Below, in pieces: positions 57,893 to 64,000 of a DNA stretch of 64,000 nt. Both the position numbers and the translations under genes were made by a program. This stretch comes from a virus, in IMG/VR virus record IMGVR_UViG_3300037153_000324, positions 1-64,000 of that record; one strand, 5' to 3'. Positions within the stretch are counted from its first letter, which is position 1, and every line of letters begins with the position of its first letter. The notes below the pieces were generated by a model. It saw only the letters and a program-made list of their open reading frames with translations, was not told where the DNA came from and ran no database searches.

Positions 57893-58467
57893 AAATGGCG
57901 ATGGTTCGCCCAAGACTCGATCACTTTGTTGGTCGCAGAGCCATGACAGTGATGCAAGACGAGGAAAACCTGTGGGACTGGACGATTATTCTCGAAGGCA
58001 AAGTTGAAATTCACAATGAGGATCAACAGCGTGTCGAGTCGCCCGATGTGGTACTGGGAATGTTGTTGACGACTGTGATTCAAAGCGAGGCCGAGACGCG
58101 GCTAGTGTTTACTCGGCCCGATGCGTCTGGACAACCTGATCTGACTCGTCAGATTCAGTTGGAAATTACACCGACACTGCACACGATTAGCGCACCGGGT
58201 TACGAACAGCAGGGTATTCACCCGCAGTGGCCGGAAGAGCTAGAGGAAATCTTGCCGCCAGATCCGTCACCGGATCGTGTGGCCGCAGGGCCGATGCCGT
58301 TCGAGGAAACCGGCCCAATTACAAAACCAACTGTCGTCAAGGTGACGGAGCCGAAAGACGAGCCATTGCCGCCACCCCAAGTTATGCCGCCGAAAGCTAC
58401 GAAAAAGGCCACTAGGAAGGCACGTAAGCCTCGGAGAGACGACGAAAAGCCGAACGGGGGAAAGTAA
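57889..58467 (+). CDS. hypothetical protein with Pro/Lys-rich tail
   Basis: GAGGAGG RBS, ATGA overlap. Confidence 0.7.
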   Translation: MKMAMVRPRLDHFVGRRAMTVMQDEENLWDWTIILEGKVEIHNEDQQRVESPDVVLGMLLTTVIQSEAETRLVFTRPDASGQPDLTRQIQLEITPTLHTISAPGYEQQGIHPQWPEELEEILPPDPSPDRVAAGPMPFEETGPITKPTVVKVTEPKDEPLPPPQVMPPKATKKATRKARKPRRDDEKPNGGK

Positions 58468-58469
58468 GG

Positions 58470-58853
58470 GTGGTCGAACGGTCAGAGCCGCCTATGTGGC
58501 GGCAGAGGCTTCTCAGCGTGGTTGGTGCGTCTCGCGGTGCCGAGAATCTTCGCTTGCTCACTGCCTGGCACCGGGCCGAAGGAAAAGCTGCGCAGTGGAA
58601 TCCGCTCAATACGACGTACAAGCTCAATAATTCGTCCTCGTTCAACAAAGTTGGAGTCCAGAATTACAGTCGTCCGACAGAAGGGGTTTGTGCTACCGCA
58701 CTTACACTGGTCAATGGTTTCTACAATGGAATCCTGGGAGACTTACAAGGGGGGAAATTGACCGCTGAGCAGATCGTCCGTCAGAACTGGTCTGAATTTC
58801 AGAAGTGGGGAACGAATCCGACCGTAATTCTCGCCGTATTGAAGGAAGTTTGA
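58470..58853 (+). CDS. lysozyme-fold cell wall hydrolase
   Basis: AWHRAEG..A.WNPLNTT...N.VGVQNY...G..AT..TL.NG.Y..I. Confidence 0.7.
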   Translation: MVERSEPPMWRQRLLSVVGASRGAENLRLLTAWHRAEGKAAQWNPLNTTYKLNNSSSFNKVGVQNYSRPTEGVCATALTLVNGFYNGILGDLQGGKLTAEQIVRQNWSEFQKWGTNPTVILAVLKEV

Positions 58854-59095
58854 TGGGCTTGTTCGACAAAAAGAAGCTCGTCCCAGTTGAAATTGATCCG
58901 TCGTACTCACATATGGTAGGGAGGTTGGTTGGGGCAACTGAAATGTTGGTGCGCTATATGATCCTTCAAGGGGATGAACCGGCGAGGGGTATGGCAGCAC
59001 GGGTAGAGGAAGTGATTGCATGGTTCACAGAGGGGGAATTCAAGCCGTTCACTGAAAAGGAATTTCTAGCCGAAGGGGTAAAAACAAGTGAATGA
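58853..59095 (+). CDS. hypothetical protein
   Basis: TGATG coupling. Confidence 0.6.
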   Translation: MGLFDKKKLVPVEIDPSYSHMVGRLVGATEMLVRYMILQGDEPARGMAARVEEVIAWFTEGEFKPFTEKEFLAEGVKTSE

Positions 59096-59453
59096 TTTTG
59101 CTGTAGCACAGGGGCCATTGACGCTTCGGTTGCGTAATGAGGCGGACGAATGGGAGACGGGAGATATCATCAATGTTCTGCTTCTGGAAGCTGCAAATGA
59201 AATCGAGGCGGCACTTGTTCTGGTCGAGGGAAGAAAAATGCTTATTGAGCGCTTGCGTCAGGAGCGTGACAATGCTGAATTTCGTAGGGTCGCAGTCCAG
59301 GAGCATTACGACGACTTGAGAAACTGGGCAAAACTTTTGGAGGAGGACAACAAGAAATTGGCTGAAGTCGAAGAAGCTGTTAGGGACTACCTCGCCTATC
59401 CCTTACTGGCGGGGAAGCGGCAACGGCTCGATGCTGCACTTGAAAATACTTAG
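59088..59453 (+). CDS. coiled-coil hypothetical protein
   Basis: 121-aa ORF. Confidence 0.6.
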   Translation: MNDFAVAQGPLTLRLRNEADEWETGDIINVLLLEAANEIEAALVLVEGRKMLIERLRQERDNAEFRRVAVQEHYDDLRNWAKLLEEDNKKLAEVEEAVRDYLAYPLLAGKRQRLDAALENT

Positions 59454-59458
59454 CCGTC

Positions 59459-59695
59459 ATGATGACAGCGGAAGAAGCTGCGAACCGGCTTATCAACGCA
59501 ATTCTGGTGGAGTTTGCGGATAGTGATGACGAGTGTCTTGTGCCGATGCGAAATTTGTTTTCTGAAATTGCGGAAAGATGTAGTGTCTGTGATTGGGATA
59601 GCTCAGGTATCCCTGAATGGGAGACGGTGGGTTGGTTGCGAAAACGCTCTCGCGATGGTCTTGCTCGTCTTGCTCACGGTGAATTTATTCCATAG
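59459..59695 (+). CDS. hypothetical protein
   Basis: 78-aa ORF. Confidence 0.55.
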   Translation: MMTAEEAANRLINAILVEFADSDDECLVPMRNLFSEIAERCSVCDWDSSGIPEWETVGWLRKRSRDGLARLAHGEFIP

Positions 59696-60754
59696 GTGGC
59701 GAACATGAAGAAGAAAAAGTCTAAAGCCCAAGCATTAGCGCATGAAATTTCGACCGCTCTCAAACTCGAAGAGCCGATTCGTCTTGGCTCTGATCCGTAT
59801 TTCAAGATCGAGCGCATTACAACCGGCTCGTTGGTGATTGACCGAATTACAGGAGGGGGGTTTGCGCTTGGCAGGCATTACGAACTTTACGGCGATGAAA
59901 GTTCAGCAAAAAGTTTCATTGCCTATTCCACAATGGCCCATTCGCAACAACGCAGTAATTTGTGTGCACTCATTGATCCTGAACACTCTTTTGACTCAGA
60001 CTGGTTCGAGCACCTTGGCGGCAATCCCAGTGAGCTTCTTCTCTACCATCCCCAAAATGCTGAGGATGCAATCGCCGTGATGATGATGCTCGCCAAGAAA
60101 GCAGATGAAAATTTCATTGAAGTAACGACGATAGATTCTGTGGCGAGTCTTGTTACATCTGAGGAAATGGCGAAAGATCCTCGCGAAGAAGATCGAATTG
60201 CATCGCAGGCGCGAATGATGAGTCGTGCTCTGCGACGGCTTACGACGATCAATCGCAAGATGCTTTTTCTCTGGACGAATCAAGAGCGCACGAACGTTGG
60301 AATTCGGTTCGGGAATCCGCGTACGACTTCGGGCGGTCGAGCGTTGAGGTTCTACGCAACTGGCCGGATCGAAATGCGTAGGGGTACGAAGGTCACTGCT
60401 AGGCGTCCACAGCCACGCACAGGGAAATTGGTGGAGACAGAGGTACAGATCGGCCGTTGGATTCAGGTGCGAGCCGAGAAGGATAAATCAACGCGGCCGT
60501 ATGGGGAAGGTGCATTCGTCTTTTCCGCCGAGAATAATGAAATTGATATCGCGTCCGAAATCATCATGCTTGGGATGGAGGACGGTCTAATTACACGAAG
60601 TGGGAACGGCCGCTACAGCTACGTTGACCTTGACGATCATGAATGGGTTGGTACGGAAAAACAATTCTCGAAAATGCTAGCTGAGAATGGAGCATTGCAA
60701 GATGAACTGATTACAGCCATCGAGGCGACAACGTTAGAGGATGTGGAGGCATAA
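59696..60754 (+). CDS. recA: RecA-like recombinase
   Basis: TGSLVID...GGG, ELYGDESSAKS, IDPEH, IDSVASL, QARMMSRALR, NQ.R, TTSGGRALRFYA. Confidence 0.95.
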   Translation: MANMKKKKSKAQALAHEISTALKLEEPIRLGSDPYFKIERITTGSLVIDRITGGGFALGRHYELYGDESSAKSFIAYSTMAHSQQRSNLCALIDPEHSFDSDWFEHLGGNPSELLLYHPQNAEDAIAVMMMLAKKADENFIEVTTIDSVASLVTSEEMAKDPREEDRIASQARMMSRALRRLTTINRKMLFLWTNQERTNVGIRFGNPRTTSGGRALRFYATGRIEMRRGTKVTARRPQPRTGKLVETEVQIGRWIQVRAEKDKSTRPYGEGAFVFSAENNEIDIASEIIMLGMEDGLITRSGNGRYSYVDLDDHEWVGTEKQFSKMLAENGALQDELITAIEATTLEDVEA

Positions 60755-60982
60755 GTGGCGCGTGAAGTGAAATGCGATATCTGCCGGAAGCCGACAGAGA
60801 AGATTGTGGGCAAGTTGTTTTTTGCGCCTATAGTTCAAGGTGCAAGAACATTTCATTCGAAGTATTCGCATCACGCGGATGTGGGAATCTGCTGCAAGGA
60901 TCGCCTTCTGCGTGGGTTTGATTTTCGTGAGAGAACAAGCGCGGAGGAATATCACGAACGGAGACGGGTAAGGGCGGTATGA
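60755..60982 (+). CDS. small Zn-binding protein
   Basis: CDIC...D..IC. Confidence 0.6.
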   Translation: MAREVKCDICRKPTEKIVGKLFFAPIVQGARTFHSKYSHHADVGICCKDRLLRGFDFRERTSAEEYHERRRVRAV

Positions 60983-61100
60983 GTAAGGAGGCAATGCTCA
61001 AGAGATGCACAAAATGTAATCGGAAACAAGTGGTTCATGCCAACCGCACCAAGTGTCTCGATTGTGGTGGCCTATTGGTACAAATTCATTGGCGGCAGTG

Positions 61101-61472
61101 ATGGAAACGCCGTGGGAACGAGCGCGTAAAACGAAGTCTGAGCGCCAGGAAGAGCGTCTAGGTAATTTGCCGGGTGGAAACCGGCAGATAAATTCGGGTC
61201 GTTTCTGGCGCTCCAAGCGTGACGCAACACTGTTTGAATTTCTGATTGAGGCGCGGACAACTGAGAAAGGTTCCTACACGATTTCATATGATGAATTTCG
61301 CGCTATTGAGAAAAATGCGCTACAGACGCCTCCCGGTTGCTTGCCGGGAATGCAAATCGACTTGCGCAGCTTGCGGCTGATTGTCGTGAGGTTCGATGAT
61401 TGGTACGATGAAAGAGTTGAGTTATTGCGACTGAAGGATGCGGGTGAGAACCAACACCGAGAGACTGATTAG
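61101..61472 (+). CDS. Holliday junction resolvase-like PD-(D/E)xK nuclease
   Basis: QE.R.....GG......SG.....K.D.....LIEARTT. Confidence 0.65.
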   Translation: METPWERARKTKSERQEERLGNLPGGNRQINSGRFWRSKRDATLFEFLIEARTTEKGSYTISYDEFRAIEKNALQTPPGCLPGMQIDLRSLRLIVVRFDDWYDERVELLRLKDAGENQHRETD

Positions 61473-62394
61473 ACACGCTCAACGGCGCAAAGGGCTGCTC
61501 GTTCCGCTGCTTGAGGATCTGCTACAGCGACCGCTAGAGATTGAATCTCCGGAAGATGTGAAATTCCTGAGCAATCTTGCCTTGAAGCAAGTCATGCGTG
61601 AGCAAGCACGGGGTACGGAGAGTGTTATTTCACCTTCGTCTCTGGCTTCGTGTTTGCGGCAGGTGTTCTTGCTCAAGAATCATCGCGAGCTTGACGTGCG
61701 ACCGTTGAGGAGTCCACGTATCGAGCCAAACTTCTACTTTCTCAATGGGAATTTCCTTCACCTGAAGTGGCAATTTGCGCTTTACCGGCTGGCCCAAAAA
61801 TTCCCCGAAAGCTCCGTGTTCAGGTTGATGGACTGCGAAGCTCGGATAATGAGCAAGCGAAACGATCATGGCGGAACTGTAGACGCAATTGTTGAAATTG
61901 ATGGTGAGCCTTTGATCGTGGATTTCAAGGGCATCAATGTTCGTGCATTCGCCAATATTGTTGCTGGCAACGTACCCATTTCGTACTCGGTTCAGCTTGC
62001 TGATTACATGGCGCTTCATAATTCCGCTCGGAATGTGACGAGAAGAGTCGAACGAGCACTACTAATTTCAGAGAACAAGGGAGGGCCAGACTCGAAGCAT
62101 CCGATAGCGTTGCATGAGACGCAGATTTCATTGGCTGACTTCAGGCCCGAAGTCCAACGCCGACTAGGAGAGTTGAGGAAACATGGCGAAGGAAATTCCA
62201 TACCGCCCCCGGAGTGCGAGTCAACGAAAAGCCTTCAGTTCCAGGCGTGCCCGTTCCGGAAATTCTGTCGGGACGAAGTCAGGGAAATCGAGCGCCGACT
62301 CGCTGCGAGTGAGGACGCCAAGGGACTCCAAATTTCAGTTCCTAAGAGACGCCGGAATAATCGCTCCCGAGGTTATTCCATCAGACGACGATAA
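61438..62394 (+). CDS. Cas4-like PD-(D/E)xK exonuclease
   Basis: SPS.L..C.RQ, G...H, GTVDAI, IVDFK, QL..YM, C......CPF...C. Confidence 0.8.
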   Translation: MRVRTNTERLIRHAQRRKGLLVPLLEDLLQRPLEIESPEDVKFLSNLALKQVMREQARGTESVISPSSLASCLRQVFLLKNHRELDVRPLRSPRIEPNFYFLNGNFLHLKWQFALYRLAQKFPESSVFRLMDCEARIMSKRNDHGGTVDAIVEIDGEPLIVDFKGINVRAFANIVAGNVPISYSVQLADYMALHNSARNVTRRVERALLISENKGGPDSKHPIALHETQISLADFRPEVQRRLGELRKHGEGNSIPPPECESTKSLQFQACPFRKFCRDEVREIERRLAASEDAKGLQISVPKRRRNNRSRGYSIRRR

Positions 62395-62758
62395 TATTCC
62401 GCTAGATTTCACTCGTCTTTCCAACCGGGGAATTGGCGCACTGCACTCCCGCTATGCAGTGCGTCACGCGCATGCCATTTTCAATTGTTCGATCTTGAGC
62501 GCAGACCTGTCTCAGCTTCGCCGGGATCTGAAGATCGAGAAATCGAAATTTCGGATCAGGAACAAGGGCGAGAAGCTGAATATCGTCAATGCCATGATGG
62601 AGGACGATGACGGCATTGTTGAAATTGAGGATAAGATCCTAGAGCTAGAAGCCAAGGTCGGTGTGCTGTCGGCTATTGCGGCGGGCTATGAATCCCTGCG
62701 TAATGCGGCATCGAGGGAGATTTCACGGCGGCTTTCGGAGCGGGCTGCGGTGGACTGA
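62309..62758 (+). CDS. coiled-coil protein, possibly UvsY-like recombination mediator
   Basis: helical; ends ASREISRR; follows RecA/nucleases; start uncertain. Confidence 0.45.
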   Translation: MRTPRDSKFQFLRDAGIIAPEVIPSDDDNIPLDFTRLSNRGIGALHSRYAVRHAHAIFNCSILSADLSQLRRDLKIEKSKFRIRNKGEKLNIVNAMMEDDDGIVEIEDKILELEAKVGVLSAIAAGYESLRNAASREISRRLSERAAVD

Positions 62759-62765
62759 CCAGGGC

Positions 62766-62793
62766 TTGCATTATCATCCCTAGGTGGTATAAT
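62766..62793 (+). promoter_or_regulatory. sigma70-type promoter with extended -10
   Basis: TTGCAT-N16-TATAAT with TGG before the -10. Confidence 0.65.
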
Positions 62794-62826
62794 GGGCCTG
62801 GCCCGTTCGACCGCTAGCTAGAGAGG

Positions 62827-63126
62827 ATGGTAATGCCGCGCACGAAGAAGCCCAAGGTAGAAATTTCATTCAGAAAGGCAGGAAGGAGTCCGTCTGAGCG
62901 TAAGACTGCTTTGCCACAGCCGACGAAAGAGCCTGGTGGCTTGTCTCCTCTTGCGCAGTACATCGAGGACAACGCAGGCTCGAAATTGACTAGGGCTGAG
63001 TTGGTCGAGCAATTTCAAGAGTATGACTGCGATCACAAGAATCGACTGCGGACTGTCAGTGCTTCTACCTTCGATCTGTATACGTGCCCGAATTGTGGCC
63101 TGATCGACAGAGTGGAGAAGTCATGA
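62827..63126 (+). CDS. Zn-ribbon hypothetical protein
   Basis: CDH...CPNCG. Confidence 0.65.
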   Translation: MVMPRTKKPKVEISFRKAGRSPSERKTALPQPTKEPGGLSPLAQYIEDNAGSKLTRAELVEQFQEYDCDHKNRLRTVSASTFDLYTCPNCGLIDRVEKS

Positions 63127-63368
63127 CTGATTTTATTCTGAAAAAGTCGCTTGGCCCGCTCAGTTCGGGTACACGACTGAAATTGCGTGGTTACATCGAG
63201 GGAACGAGCTACGCGCATGTACAGCTTTTTTCACGTCCTGAGTCCGGTTCAGATTTCGAGAAACTGTGCAAGAAGTACGGAGCGAGCGGTATCTTTGAAA
63301 TTGAATCCGATTTGCTCGTCAGACTCAGAGAGACGCGCAATGGAAAAACGCGAGAGGAATTGTCATGA
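63123..63368 (+). CDS. hypothetical protein
   Basis: GGAG RBS, ATGA overlap. Confidence 0.6.
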   Translation: MTDFILKKSLGPLSSGTRLKLRGYIEGTSYAHVQLFSRPESGSDFEKLCKKYGASGIFEIESDLLVRLRETRNGKTREELS

Positions 63369-63616
63369 AAATGGTGCCCGAGTTGGTCAAAGGTCAGATG
63401 TATCACGTCGTCTACAATCACGAAGCTGCGAATGGTCGCATTGTGCAAAAGGAATTTGTCGGCCAGTATCTCGGCCCGAGTGTCTACGGTCGAGAAGATT
63501 TCAGCTTGCGCCCTATCGCTGGCACATCCTCGATTGATCTGTCGCAGATTGTGGCGGCTGAGGAGGTATCCGCTTCGACCAAGCCCACCATGCCTATGCC
63601 GATGCCAAAAGTGTAG
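63365..63616 (+). CDS. hypothetical protein
   Basis: GAGG RBS, ATGA overlap. Confidence 0.6.
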   Translation: MKMVPELVKGQMYHVVYNHEAANGRIVQKEFVGQYLGPSVYGREDFSLRPIAGTSSIDLSQIVAAEEVSASTKPTMPMPMPKV

Positions 63617-63642
63617 GGCAAAATACAGAAAGGAATCCGACG

Positions 63643-63960
63643 ATGCTACAGGTAATTTCAAAGAACGTCAACGCAGTCCTTCCGGAAGCCAACCATCATG
63701 AGGTTGAAATTGGCCCGTTCAGGGATGCTCTCATCAAGGGCTTGCTTGCGAGCAAGCTTGCCAAGGATGACCTAGTGCATCGCGTCAGGCAGGGTCGTAG
63801 CGGCCCGAATTCCTGGTCGCTCCGTATTTCAACCGGAGCCGTGTACAGATTTCGCATGTACGGCCCGTACACGGCACTGGAAGTGAAGAATCAGAACAAA
63901 AATTTCTTTTTCTTGACGCCTGCGCAGGCGTACAAGTGGGCGGCGGCACTCTCGGCGTGA
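63643..63960 (+). CDS. hypothetical protein
   Basis: GAAAGGA RBS. Confidence 0.65.
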   Translation: MLQVISKNVNAVLPEANHHEVEIGPFRDALIKGLLASKLAKDDLVHRVRQGRSGPNSWSLRISTGAVYRFRMYGPYTALEVKNQNKNFFFLTPAQAYKWAAALSA

Positions 63961-64000
63961 AAAAGAAATTGACACTGGTCGGAATTGCCCTTTGCCTGTC

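Noticed and set aside
1-64000. Lysogeny module, DGR/reverse transcriptase, or DNA-modification cluster
   Set aside because: No integrase, repressor/Cro pair, RT motifs or methyltransferase motifs recognised in the ORF set.

Overview
The window is almost the whole genome of a lytic, contractile-tailed (myovirus-like) dsDNA phage, probably circularly permuted because early-type small genes sit at both ends. The host is inferred to be an Actinomycetota, possibly Thermoleophilia/Gaiellales, from the Rpf-type transglycosylase and Ig-repeat proteins. Layout: early small genes (1-1.8 kb); a leftward operon with an AAA+/VWA-like pair (2.6-6.5 kb); a structured and A-tract non-coding region (6.5-8.8 kb); CHAP endolysin; lambda gpA-type terminase, portal, protease/scaffold and capsid; neck, sheath, tube, frameshifting chaperone, tape measure, baseplate and fibres; a second lysis-like cassette and Rpf; then replication/recombination genes (DnaB, primase, gp32-like SSB, HU, DnaE, RecA, nucleases). 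No integrase, tRNA or CRISPR array was recognised. The most unusual signal is a candidate RNA-level control system. (i) Four of the five-plus ORFs of the leftward operon, plus one nested ORF, are each bracketed by their own 27-43 bp inverted repeat, the repeats sit back to back, and mismatches favour G-U pairs on the coding strand. (ii) A promoter-terminator-bounded ~65 nt RNA (1821-1884) starts with the reverse complement of a TCCGACAGAGA box found beside the RBS of those and other genes. (iii) An Hfq/Sm-like ORF has its own promoter. Also notable: a promoter class with TTGACA only 7-8 bp from the -10, a strongly over-represented AATTWCA heptamer, a chain of protamine-like micro-ORFs behind the portal, and two homing endonucleases that each left a recoded duplicate of the host gene's 3' end. 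All protein calls come from motif recognition by eye; no database searches were run.
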